Source of the DNA: a virus
Length of the DNA: 64,000 nt
Virus record (IMG/VR): IMGVR_UViG_3300020478_000004
Location: 1-64,000 of that record
Strand: one strand, 5' to 3'
Under the pieces are notes generated by a model. The model made no database searches. It saw nothing but the letters and a program-made list of their open reading frames with translations, and was not told where the DNA came from. Both the position numbers and the translations under genes were made by a program. Positions 19,290 through 28,402 of this stretch are shown one piece after another. Numbering within the stretch: position 1 is the first letter of the stretch; the number at the start of each line of letters is the position of its first letter.

Positions 19290-20018
19290 ATGAAGCAAAT
19301 TACAAAAGAGTTTACATACGATATACCAGATGGGTATTTGGAACAAACAAATACTAACGGTGATACCGCAACTGCTTCTTATACAGGTCCAGAGAAATTA
19401 TGGGTCTTCGTAGCAGAAGCAACTGGTGCCAATAAAAGCGATGCTATGCAGATCGACGAAAATTGGGATGACAACGGAATGCCAGCACCACCAGGTGAAA
19501 CTAAAGTTGAACTAGATTGTGCTGGAAAAGACACGTTGATGTGTGCAATTTTCTTACCGCACACAGTTACAATTACACAATCAGATGTTGAGACAGCGTT
19601 ACCTGAAGGATATGGAAAATATTCCCATCCATGGCCACCACACCCAGATCACGCTTACGAAAGAGAATTAGTTAAGTACAAAAAAGACACAGCTACAGTA
19701 GACAATACCAACGGTGACGAAAAACATACTGATGGTGATTGGGAACTAACTTGGAAGCAACCTTGGATGACTTGGGATACGTTAACTGATCTTAGAAATA
19801 ATTTATTAGACTCAAGTGATAGTAAAGTGTCATTTGATCAACCAGCGGCTGTTAAAGATCCGTGGGTTGAATATAGACAAAAACTTAGAGATATTCCGGT
19901 AACGTTTAAAAGAGGCGAAGCCGATGAATATCCACCACATATGGTAAAATTTCCATCTGAACCAACAAAAGGTGGATATGCTGAACCACCTCACCCATCA
20001 GGTGAGGGAATCGGTTAA
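19290..20018 (+). CDS. Tail fibre assembly chaperone-like protein
   Basis: C-terminal RNNLLDSSD...WVEYRQKLRDIP...FP.EP matches the phage tail assembly chaperone motif. Confidence 0.65.
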   Translation: MKQITKEFTYDIPDGYLEQTNTNGDTATASYTGPEKLWVFVAEATGANKSDAMQIDENWDDNGMPAPPGETKVELDCAGKDTLMCAIFLPHTVTITQSDVETALPEGYGKYSHPWPPHPDHAYERELVKYKKDTATVDNTNGDEKHTDGDWELTWKQPWMTWDTLTDLRNNLLDSSDSKVSFDQPAAVKDPWVEYRQKLRDIPVTFKRGEADEYPPHMVKFPSEPTKGGYAEPPHPSGEGIG

Positions 20019-20032
20019 GGAGAATATAACGA

Positions 20033-20800
20033 ATGTCCGCATTAAGAACTTTACTTGAACTTGGGGGCGACACAAACGCATTGGCGTTAAAGTCAATTTA
20101 CGTTTTCCATTCGTCATGGGATACCACTAGAGATAGTAACCCAGGATGTTGCTGTCTATGGACAGTACCAACAGATACAACATGGGCGGCCTTTGAAGTT
20201 TGGGGAGCAGGCGGAGACGGCGGCGGAGTATGTTGCTGTATGCAAGGCTTTCCAGGAGGTTCTGGATCTTACGGACGTAAAATTGGCGAAGTAACAGCTA
20301 GTGCTCAATTTACTTTATGTGCAGGTTCGGCAGGTTGTTGCAGGCCAGTTCAAGGCTGTCCAGGTTGCGGAAGTTATGTTTGTTCATCTAATGGTTGTTG
20401 CGATGGAACATATTTTTGTTTATGTGCATCAGGTGGCGGTTATGGATGTGGCGCTTGTCACTTTGGAGCGGCTTCAGGAACATATTGTGGATGTCCAACT
20501 TACCCATGTGGATGTGTACACGGGGCAGATTTTGCAATTTGCGGATTTCAAGGCGGAGGAGCAGGTACATCAATGTGTGCAAGTTCAGCCTTTCAATTAA
20601 TACAATCAGCACCAATGGGACAAATGGGTGCAAGAATGAGTAGAGACCAGTGTTATAAAACACATGGTAGAGAAAATGGAGGCCCAGCTACATTCCCAGG
20701 TGGTGGTGGCGGTACTGGTAATACACATGACGGAACTTGTTATTGTGGAGGACCAGGCGCAGGAGGATTAGTTGTTGTATACTATACATCAGATATATAA
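20033..20800 (+). CDS. Cys/Gly-rich adhesin-like protein 2
   Basis: About 27 Cys in 255 aa. Paralog of 18482-19237. Confidence 0.6.
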   Translation: MSALRTLLELGGDTNALALKSIYVFHSSWDTTRDSNPGCCCLWTVPTDTTWAAFEVWGAGGDGGGVCCCMQGFPGGSGSYGRKIGEVTASAQFTLCAGSAGCCRPVQGCPGCGSYVCSSNGCCDGTYFCLCASGGGYGCGACHFGAASGTYCGCPTYPCGCVHGADFAICGFQGGGAGTSMCASSAFQLIQSAPMGQMGARMSRDQCYKTHGRENGGPATFPGGGGGTGNTHDGTCYCGGPGAGGLVVVYYTSDI

Positions 20801-20812
20801 AGGTTATAAACT

Positions 20813-21610
20813 ATGTCACAATTAACAGATTTTTTACCAGGATACAATATAACTTCGGCTCCCCCTAAAGCGTTTACAGTTTCATATGAATGGAGTTGGG
20901 ATCATAATGAGGCTTGGCCACGCCAAGCACACGGAATGCCACCTCAATCAAGATATTGTTGTACAGGAAACAATGGTAAATGTTGTAACTGGACAGTTCC
21001 ATCAGGGGTAAGTTACGCAATTTTTGAAATGTGGGGCGGCGGTGCTTCAGGAATGGGATCATGTTGTTGTATGCAAGGTTATGCGGCAGACTCAGGCGGC
21101 TATGGAATTAAAAGTACTAACGTAACAGCAGGAGATACATTTACAATTTGTGCTGGAGCGGCGACTTGCTGTAGACCAGATGCAGGTAACTATCCAGGTT
21201 GTAATAGTTATGTTATGGGAACTCCGACAGGATTAAGCTGTTTTTGTGCAGTAGCTTGTGGTGGAATGTGTACTAACTGTTCACAATGTCATGGATTCTT
21301 TGGATGTTATAGTTGTTGTATGAACTGTTATAACTGTACACAAATACCAAATAACGTTGATTTTGGCATAGCAACTATTAAAGGTTCAGCACAACGTTCA
21401 CAACATTGTGGCGATAGAGGATTACAATATATACCAACAGCACCAATGGCACAATCAGGACCTAGAATGGGACCAAATGGTTGTTGTACACGAGGTGGTG
21501 ATATGTTTGGTTCATGGCCAGGTGGCGCAGGATCAAGTTCACATTCATACGGATCATGTTGTTGTGGTTCGCCAGGGGCTAGTGGAGCAGTTTACGTTGT
21601 ATACTATTAG
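20813..21610 (+). CDS. Cys/Gly-rich adhesin-like protein 3
   Basis: About 28 Cys in 265 aa. CCNWTVP...FEMWGGGASGMGSCCCMQG. Confidence 0.6.
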   Translation: MSQLTDFLPGYNITSAPPKAFTVSYEWSWDHNEAWPRQAHGMPPQSRYCCTGNNGKCCNWTVPSGVSYAIFEMWGGGASGMGSCCCMQGYAADSGGYGIKSTNVTAGDTFTICAGAATCCRPDAGNYPGCNSYVMGTPTGLSCFCAVACGGMCTNCSQCHGFFGCYSCCMNCYNCTQIPNNVDFGIATIKGSAQRSQHCGDRGLQYIPTAPMAQSGPRMGPNGCCTRGGDMFGSWPGGAGSSSHSYGSCCCGSPGASGAVYVVYY

Positions 21611-21618
21611 GATAAATC

Positions 21619-23064
21619 ATGGCTTATAAACACGTAGAAATCGAATTTTCATATGATATGCCAGATGCATATCTTTACCAATCAACTAAAGAAGGTAAAA
21701 AAGGTTCTCACACTTATAAAGGTCCTGAGAAATTATGGATCTTTATGGATAAGATGACAAATAAAAGAGCAGGTGATCCAGGAGGACAAGATTTAGAACC
21801 TGATTATGTACCACCAGCACATACTTACAAAGTATTAATTGATTGTGTTGAAAATCCATTAATTTGTGAATTACTAGAACCTGATGTTGACCAAGTTCGC
21901 ATTGACGGTGCAGAGTATACTACAGAAACATTGCCAGTAAAAAGAAAAAATGGTGAGTATTTTGTACACATGGAACCAGCACAACCAACACCAGATCATA
22001 CATACGAAATTGCAGATATAGAATTTAATCCAAATGGGCACGATCCTAAAACAGGATTAGGTGGAACTTGGGTTTACCCGTTACCATTTAAAAAGCCACA
22101 CGTTAGTTGGTATTCATTAAAGAAAACACGTTGGTCTAAATTAAGTGCAAGTGACGGACACGTACAAGATGATATGCCAGCGGCATTAAAGAAAGAATGG
22201 GAAGATTATAGAAAAATTCTTAGAGAAATTCCACAATTATACGGAGCTTCTTTTGATATAACAATTGACGCAGGTGGAACAGGTTATTCTGTAGGGGATA
22301 AATTTGTTGTACCAGCATCAAGTTTTGGGTTTAAAGATGGTGATCTAGGAGAGAAAGACGATCTTAATCAACCAATGGGTTGGAGACCTGGCTTTGATCA
22401 CTACGATTCTTCATTAACACATAGAGGTGATAAGCCAGATGCACAAGCTGGTGATAATCCAACAATTCCAGAAGGTATTATTTCAGAAGTTACACCAACA
22501 GAAGCAACACCAGGAATTCCGGCAGGTGAAGCTGTTAGTGGAGAAAAAATGACATTAGATCTTACAGTTATTGTAGAAGCAGTAGATGGAGATGGTGCTA
22601 TTACAGAAGTAAGAACACGTAATGCATTTTTGGGAAGGCATATTAAAAAAGCAATGACTGTTGATGAATCAACTGCAACTACAAGTGCTTCAGGAACTGG
22701 ATTTGAATTTACTTTATCCAAAGTAGAGCGTATTGATCCTTGGAAATGTAGATTTCCAGATGCTCCTAATGATAGAGAAGCACAATGGGAAGGAAAACGT
22801 ATTAGACATTACACAAGTGACGCTGAACGTAACGACCCAGCAGATGGATGGTTAATGGAACATACATATCATCCTGTAACAAACCACTATGTTCCACCCG
22901 AAAAAGGCGGAAATTACTTTGCTTCAGACCTAGCAAGACTAAATTTAAGCACCGATGGCACAGCATTTGACGATGGTGTTGCTGACGGCTTACCTGCGGC
23001 TCCTAAAGACTCTACAGGCAAATCTAGAGTAGTAGGAACTATCACAGCCAGAAAACAATCCTAA
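21619..23064 (+). CDS. Tail fibre assembly chaperone-like protein with inserted beta-sandwich module
   Basis: Paralog of 19290-20018 (F.YD.PD.YL, GPEKLW.F, PDH.YE, WEDYRKILREIP). Confidence 0.6.
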   Translation: MAYKHVEIEFSYDMPDAYLYQSTKEGKKGSHTYKGPEKLWIFMDKMTNKRAGDPGGQDLEPDYVPPAHTYKVLIDCVENPLICELLEPDVDQVRIDGAEYTTETLPVKRKNGEYFVHMEPAQPTPDHTYEIADIEFNPNGHDPKTGLGGTWVYPLPFKKPHVSWYSLKKTRWSKLSASDGHVQDDMPAALKKEWEDYRKILREIPQLYGASFDITIDAGGTGYSVGDKFVVPASSFGFKDGDLGEKDDLNQPMGWRPGFDHYDSSLTHRGDKPDAQAGDNPTIPEGIISEVTPTEATPGIPAGEAVSGEKMTLDLTVIVEAVDGDGAITEVRTRNAFLGRHIKKAMTVDESTATTSASGTGFEFTLSKVERIDPWKCRFPDAPNDREAQWEGKRIRHYTSDAERNDPADGWLMEHTYHPVTNHYVPPEKGGNYFASDLARLNLSTDGTAFDDGVADGLPAAPKDSTGKSRVVGTITARKQS

Positions 23065-23136
23065 CAAATCTAAATCCTTTAAATATCTTGCGTAACACAA
23101 CTATTGTGTAACGTAATTTAGAATAAAGGATAACAG

Positions 23137-24117
23137 ATGTCAGAACAACGTAATACAGCCATTTTTATAAACGGTGGTGCCGGCCGTGTAATAGCATCTA
23201 TACCTGCTTTAGAGCTATTTGCAAAAGAAAATCCTGACGATGATTTTGTGATTGTATGTGAAGGTGGAACTGATTTTTATAAAGGACATTCAACCTTACA
23301 CGCTAGAGCATATGATGTTTGGCACAAAAACTTATTTCAAGATAAATTAAAAAACATGGATTTATGTACTCCAGAACCTTATAGGGTTTGGGAATATTAT
23401 AATCAAAAATGTAGTATTGCTCAAGCATATGATATTTGTATTAACAATAAAGGCTTACGTGATCTACACCGTCCAGTAATAAAACTTAACAGACAAGAAC
23501 AAATGTTCGGGCAAGGTCTTGTTAACGAAGTTAAAGAAAAAACTAAAAAAGACAAAGTTATAGTTTTTCAACCATATGGTAGAGCAGTACAAAATCAAAA
23601 TGGTCTAGTATCAGACTTTAGCGGAAGAAGTTTCGAGGCTGATAATGCTGTTAGTATTGTTAGAAAACTTTCAAATAAAGTTGGAATAATTCATATGGCA
23701 GAATTCCATATGGATTTCAGTAAACATGATGTAAAAAATCCTATTGCTTGTCCGCAAGGTGCAGATTTAAGAGCATGGTCAGGTATTATATGGGCCGCTG
23801 ATTATTTCTTAGGTTGTGATAGTGCTGGACAACATATAGTTCATGCACTAGATAAAAAAGGTACAGTTGTTATAGGATCAACATTTCCAGAAAATGTTTC
23901 TTATCCTGACGATAAAAATCTTGACATTTTAGATATGGGTGATGGAAAACGAGTATATTCTCCTATTCGTGTTACTACAGATGAATACTCGGATAGAGTT
24001 AATGATGGTATTATGGCTATGAATGATAAAATTGAAGATGTTATTATTGAATCTGTAATGAATGGCATTAAAGGTAAAAAGAAAATAGGATCTCAATATA
24101 CTAATAAGGAAAAATAG
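23137..24117 (+). CDS. GT9 (heptosyltransferase)-like GT-B glycosyltransferase
   Basis: N-terminal GGAGRVIASIPAL....NPD and C-terminal ADYFLGCDSAGQHIVHAL.K.GTVVIG resemble GT9 motifs (GIGD...P.L; AD.FIG.DSGP.H.A.A). Confidence 0.6.
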   Translation: MSEQRNTAIFINGGAGRVIASIPALELFAKENPDDDFVIVCEGGTDFYKGHSTLHARAYDVWHKNLFQDKLKNMDLCTPEPYRVWEYYNQKCSIAQAYDICINNKGLRDLHRPVIKLNRQEQMFGQGLVNEVKEKTKKDKVIVFQPYGRAVQNQNGLVSDFSGRSFEADNAVSIVRKLSNKVGIIHMAEFHMDFSKHDVKNPIACPQGADLRAWSGIIWAADYFLGCDSAGQHIVHALDKKGTVVIGSTFPENVSYPDDKNLDILDMGDGKRVYSPIRVTTDEYSDRVNDGIMAMNDKIEDVIIESVMNGIKGKKKIGSQYTNKEK

Positions 24118-25016
24118 TGAGACGGTTATTCGCATTTGGCTGTTCATTTACAAACTATGCTTGGCCAAGTTATGCAGATTTTTTAAGTTATGAATTTGAC
24201 AAATATGAAAATTGGGGCTTCCCTGGTTTTGGTAATAGAGCCATAGCAGAACGTGTAGCTGAATGTCACGCAAAAAATAATTTTACTAAAGACGATACAG
24301 TATTAGTTCAATGGACTAGTCATACCCGTAACGATTTTCATACTTTTAAAGAAATAGAATATGATAAAGATCAATTTATTCATGGTTGGTTTAGACCTAC
24401 AAATAAAATAGGTTGGAAAACACAAGGTAATATATTCGGTACAGGTAATTTAGAAAGAAATTATGATCATAAATGGATTGATAATTTCTGGGATGAATAT
24501 AGTTATTTTATGTATAGTATGAATGAAATACTACTTACTCAGGGACTATTAGATTCTACTAATTGTAAATGGCGTATGTTTACTATTAGTGATATGGCAA
24601 AATTAGGAAGTGATACTCCAAGCACAGCAGGCGAACAAATTAAACCATTAGATGAAAATGCTTGGGAAAAAACAGAATTTACTTGTTATCGAGAAACAAT
24701 ATTTGAAGGGAAATATAAAAACAATTGGCTTAAACCTTTAGGACATTTTGCTTGGGATAGGCCAGAAGATGCATACACCTTTAGAGGACCAAACGATCCT
24801 GAACCGTGGCAGGATTTTCATCCAAGTCATAAGCATCATTTTGAATACATGGAAGAAGTTATTCGTCCAAGTTTAGGATTAACAAATTATAATAATACTA
24901 AACAACAAAGTGTATATGAAAGAATTACAAGATTAAAAGAACAACATAACGATTTTATTGGTTTTGAAGAAAGTATAATTCATGATACACCACATAAAGG
25001 ATATATAGGTTTTTAA
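24117..25016 (+). CDS. SGNH/GDSL-hydrolase-like protein (possible acyl transferase/esterase)
   Basis: Block I-like FGCSFT, G.GN, VQWT...R, C-terminal D.HPS. GTG start coupled to the upstream stop. Confidence 0.5.
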   Translation: MRRLFAFGCSFTNYAWPSYADFLSYEFDKYENWGFPGFGNRAIAERVAECHAKNNFTKDDTVLVQWTSHTRNDFHTFKEIEYDKDQFIHGWFRPTNKIGWKTQGNIFGTGNLERNYDHKWIDNFWDEYSYFMYSMNEILLTQGLLDSTNCKWRMFTISDMAKLGSDTPSTAGEQIKPLDENAWEKTEFTCYRETIFEGKYKNNWLKPLGHFAWDRPEDAYTFRGPNDPEPWQDFHPSHKHHFEYMEEVIRPSLGLTNYNNTKQQSVYERITRLKEQHNDFIGFEESIIHDTPHKGYIGF

Positions 25017-25017
25017 T

Positions 25018-26859
25018 ATGGAAAAAGGACATAACTCTAAATCTGTTTGGATTGCTGGAATAGCCAGAGGACATAATTCTGGCGTATGTTTATTAAAAGA
25101 TGGCGAAGTTGTTTTTGCTGTTGAAGAAGAAAGATTAACACGTAGAAAATACGACGGTGGTCCGTATGCTTCTATGGTTAAAATTTTAGAATATACTGAT
25201 AAACTAGATTTTTTAGTTGTTGCACATACACAAACTTTACATCAAGCAGGTAAAGTAGACTTTAGTGGTGATGATGTTTATACAGGTTTAGCAAGAAAAT
25301 TAGGATTAATAAGTAGACGAGATTATGATGTTTATGGAAAAGGTCATGAACAAGTAATTGATCTAAGTCATATTCATCATAAACTACACGCCGCGACAGC
25401 TTTTTATAGATCAGGCTTTGATGAAGCAGTAGCACTTATTGTTGATGGCGCAGGAACATTCCTTGAATTTACGGTAACAAATCCTCACGGTCAACAAGAA
25501 CCTACACTATGTTTTGAAACTGAAAGTATTTTTGATTGCAAATATCCACATACTTTTAAAACACTTTACAAACATATCGGTGTACGTGGTCCTATGATTT
25601 CTAGTTATCATGATAGTTTTAGTAGTCATATGTATGACGAGCCCGAAGGTAATACTCATGAATTAAACATTACTGAAAATGCAGGTATTGTTAAAGCATA
25701 CGAGGCAGTAACAGAATATTGTGGGTTTCAATTTATTGAAGCAGGAAAAACTATGGGATTATTTCCATACGGTAAACAAGATGACAGAGTTCCAAAAATT
25801 TTCCGTGATGATGGACATTTTCCGATAGCTGATAGACAAGTTATTATACCTGATTATCCAAACGGAGCTCATGTTAATAATGTTATGTTTGATTATCTTG
25901 AACCTGGTGAAACAGGATGGAATGTTGACGAAACTGAACATGAAAATCGACGTAACATGGCTTATGCTATACAAACAGAATCACAAGAAGAAGTTGTAAA
26001 GTTAATAAGAAAAGCTGTTAAGATGAGCGGAAAAAATAAAGTAGTTATTAGTGGTGGATATGGATTAAATTGTGTTGCAAATTATCATTACTTAGGTGCA
26101 TTAAAAGATGAAGGCATTGAAATTTATGTTGAACCAGTTTCAAACGATGCAGGTACGGCAATGGGTGCGGCACTTTATTTTCATAGAAAGTTAACGAAAG
26201 ACAATACAGTACACCCACAAGTAGATACATTATACGAAGGACCAGCCCATTCTTATTCTGATGCTGACATTAAAAAATATGCAACAAAATATGATGCTTC
26301 TATTGAAGATTGCGATGACGAAAAAGTTGTAGATTTATTAACAGATAAGAATATTGTTACTATTTTTCAAGGTAAATCAGAAAACGGTCCTAGAGCATTA
26401 GGTAATAGAAGTATTCTTTTTAATCCTGCTTATGAAGATGGCAAGGATTATGTTAATAAAGTAAAGCGTAGGGAATATTTTAGACCATTTGCTGGATCTA
26501 TTTTAGAAGAATATGGAAAAGAATGGTTTGATTTACGTGGTATGGAATCATCACCTACAATGATGTACGCTGTAAATTGCCAACCAGGAATTGCTGAAAA
26601 AATTCCAAGCATTATACACGTAGATGGTACTTGTCGCATTCAAACTGTTAATGAAAAACAGAACAAAAATTACTACAAATTGATTAAAGCATTTCACAAA
26701 AGAACTAGTATCCCAATAATTTTTAATACTAGTTTTAATTTAGCTGGAGAACCCCTAGTTGAAACGCTTGATGATGCTATAAGGACTCTTGCTAATAGTG
26801 AAATTGAATACCTATATCTACCTGAATATAGCAAATTAATCACACTTACGAACTGGTAA
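25018..26859 (+). CDS. O-carbamoyltransferase, CmcH/NodU/TobZ family
   Basis: Motifs EEERLTRRK, HH.LHAA.AF, DGAG, GKTMGL.PYG, SGG.GLNCVAN, NDAGTAMGAA, GPRALGNRSIL, KRRE.FRPFA, HVDGT.R.QTV, NTSFN..GEP. Confidence 0.93.
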   Translation: MEKGHNSKSVWIAGIARGHNSGVCLLKDGEVVFAVEEERLTRRKYDGGPYASMVKILEYTDKLDFLVVAHTQTLHQAGKVDFSGDDVYTGLARKLGLISRRDYDVYGKGHEQVIDLSHIHHKLHAATAFYRSGFDEAVALIVDGAGTFLEFTVTNPHGQQEPTLCFETESIFDCKYPHTFKTLYKHIGVRGPMISSYHDSFSSHMYDEPEGNTHELNITENAGIVKAYEAVTEYCGFQFIEAGKTMGLFPYGKQDDRVPKIFRDDGHFPIADRQVIIPDYPNGAHVNNVMFDYLEPGETGWNVDETEHENRRNMAYAIQTESQEEVVKLIRKAVKMSGKNKVVISGGYGLNCVANYHYLGALKDEGIEIYVEPVSNDAGTAMGAALYFHRKLTKDNTVHPQVDTLYEGPAHSYSDADIKKYATKYDASIEDCDDEKVVDLLTDKNIVTIFQGKSENGPRALGNRSILFNPAYEDGKDYVNKVKRREYFRPFAGSILEEYGKEWFDLRGMESSPTMMYAVNCQPGIAEKIPSIIHVDGTCRIQTVNEKQNKNYYKLIKAFHKRTSIPIIFNTSFNLAGEPLVETLDDAIRTLANSEIEYLYLPEYSKLITLTNW

Positions 26860-26882
26860 GAACTAAATCCCCGTCTTAGATG

Positions 26883-26922
26883 ATCCCTTTGTTTTTAGGT
26901 AAATATATAAAACAAAGAGGAT
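26883..26922 (+). promoter_or_regulatory. Late promoter (GGTAAATA 26898-26905) in the loop of an RBS-sequestering hairpin
   Basis: ATCCCTTTGTTTT(26883-95) pairs with AAAACAAAGAGGAT(26909-22) with one bulge. The 3' arm contains SD GAGGA. Confidence 0.6.
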
Positions 26923-26926
26923 TATA

Positions 26927-27349
26927 ATGTTTGATATTAGTCGATATTTCCGCAAAGGAGCCAATAACTCAATAGAGTTTAAAAACGGTGCTAACCTAAG
27001 TTACTCCGGCCCCTCGCATACGCTAGTTAATAGCGGTACAGAAATAGATCGTTGGTATGTAGGTGAGTTTATGGGTGCTGAATATACCATAACTTGTGAT
27101 GTTGATACCAACCGTAAAGAAGTAATAAAAGCTCTCTGTACAGCAAGTCCTCAAAAAGCTAATATTGTTGTTTACGGCAGAAGCAATTTAGGCTCTGATT
27201 TACTTCGTTTAGAAGTCGTTGTTACTGATTCATTTTTTAGTTTAGTAGCATATCCTAGAGAGCAGGAAGATTCTACTATAATTGAAGGTGCAAAAATGAT
27301 CTTCAGTGCAAATTATTACAAAACACTAAACGAGGCCACAGCAAGTTAA
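26927..27349 (+). CDS. Hypothetical virion-associated protein
   Basis: 140-aa ORF with SD and late promoter. Confidence 0.6.
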   Translation: MFDISRYFRKGANNSIEFKNGANLSYSGPSHTLVNSGTEIDRWYVGEFMGAEYTITCDVDTNRKEVIKALCTASPQKANIVVYGRSNLGSDLLRLEVVVTDSFFSLVAYPREQEDSTIIEGAKMIFSANYYKTLNEATAS

Positions 27350-27353
27350 TGTC

Positions 27354-27361
27354 GATAAATA
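27354..27361 (+). promoter_or_regulatory. Late promoter GATAAATA
   Basis: Intergenic, followed by SD GGAG. Confidence 0.7.
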
Positions 27362-27377
27362 CGTATGGAGCCAATAA

Positions 27378-28397
27378 ATGACTGTAATTAAATCGCCGTT
27401 TGAATCACAACATGGATATAAAAGTCCAGGATTTACTGTTGATGATGCTGGTAATGTAACTGTAAGAACATTAACTTATACTGTTGCAGAAGAAACAGAA
27501 GTAAGTGGTGACTTTATCATGCGTCAAACAGGTACTGGTGTGTGGGCAAAATTTACTGTTGATAATTATTTTGTTACTGGTACAAATACATTACAAGAAA
27601 ACCCAGGACTAGCTGTAGAAAGAGGTTCAGCATATACTTTTACGTTATTATTAGGTAGTGCAAATATTTCATTAAATATTAAACAAGACGATACTAGTAA
27701 TCCTGGACAATATGTAGACTATAGCGAAGGACTTAAACATACATCAGAAGACGGATTGACAGAATTAACAGAAGGTAATGCACAAGGACAAAAAACTGGT
27801 AAAGTAACTTTTACAGTCCCAGCAAATGCTCCTACACCATTATATTATGCAGATGCTGACGGGACTCCTATAGGAGTTATAACGGTTTCAGATCCAACTA
27901 TTTCAGGTATCGGATCTTTTAGTTCTATTTTAACTACAGGTAATTTAACAGCTCAAGGTGAAAATGCTACAATAACATTGGCGCCAACTGGAAGTTCAGG
28001 AACAGTAGTTATTAACCCATCTAATGGTGGTACATTAAGCAACATGGATGTTAACGCATTAAAGTTAACTACAACTGATAGTGTAACAATGGGTGGAACA
28101 AATGCTAAAATAACAATGGCTCCAACAGGGCTAGGAACAGTTTCTATAAGTCCGGAGACAACAGGTAGTTTAAATAACGTAACAATTGGTTCAACAAAAG
28201 CTCAAAATGGAACCTTTCTAGGACTAGTTTCTTCGTCAGGAACGTTAAATAATACAGTTATAGGAAATGTGACACCAACTAGCGGAAACTTTACAGTTGC
28301 AACAATGTCTGCAAATCCTAAAGGACCGACACAAATAACAAATAAGAAGTATGTAGATATGACATCGTCAGCACTAGCGATTGCATTAGGGGTATAA
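27378..28397 (+). CDS. Fibre-like virion protein
   Basis: FTVPANAP.PLYY module, G.LNNV.IG repeats, C-terminal NKKYVD...ALAIALGV. Confidence 0.65.
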   Translation: MTVIKSPFESQHGYKSPGFTVDDAGNVTVRTLTYTVAEETEVSGDFIMRQTGTGVWAKFTVDNYFVTGTNTLQENPGLAVERGSAYTFTLLLGSANISLNIKQDDTSNPGQYVDYSEGLKHTSEDGLTELTEGNAQGQKTGKVTFTVPANAPTPLYYADADGTPIGVITVSDPTISGIGSFSSILTTGNLTAQGENATITLAPTGSSGTVVINPSNGGTLSNMDVNALKLTTTDSVTMGGTNAKITMAPTGLGTVSISPETTGSLNNVTIGSTKAQNGTFLGLVSSSGTLNNTVIGNVTPTSGNFTVATMSANPKGPTQITNKKYVDMTSSALAIALGV

Positions 28398-28402
28398 TTT
28401 AG

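Noticed and set aside
18482-21610. Selenoprotein, stop-codon recoding or RiPP precursor explanation for the Cys-rich ORFs
   Set aside because: There are no in-frame TGA/TAG interruptions and all genes read normally in code 11. The proteins are ~250 aa with a Gly-rich fibre scaffold, and no radical-SAM or lanthipeptide enzymes are nearby.
27590-27890. Cupredoxin-like copper site in the FTVPANAPTPLYY module
   Set aside because: The Cys/His/Met ligands that would follow LYY are absent (LYYADADG).
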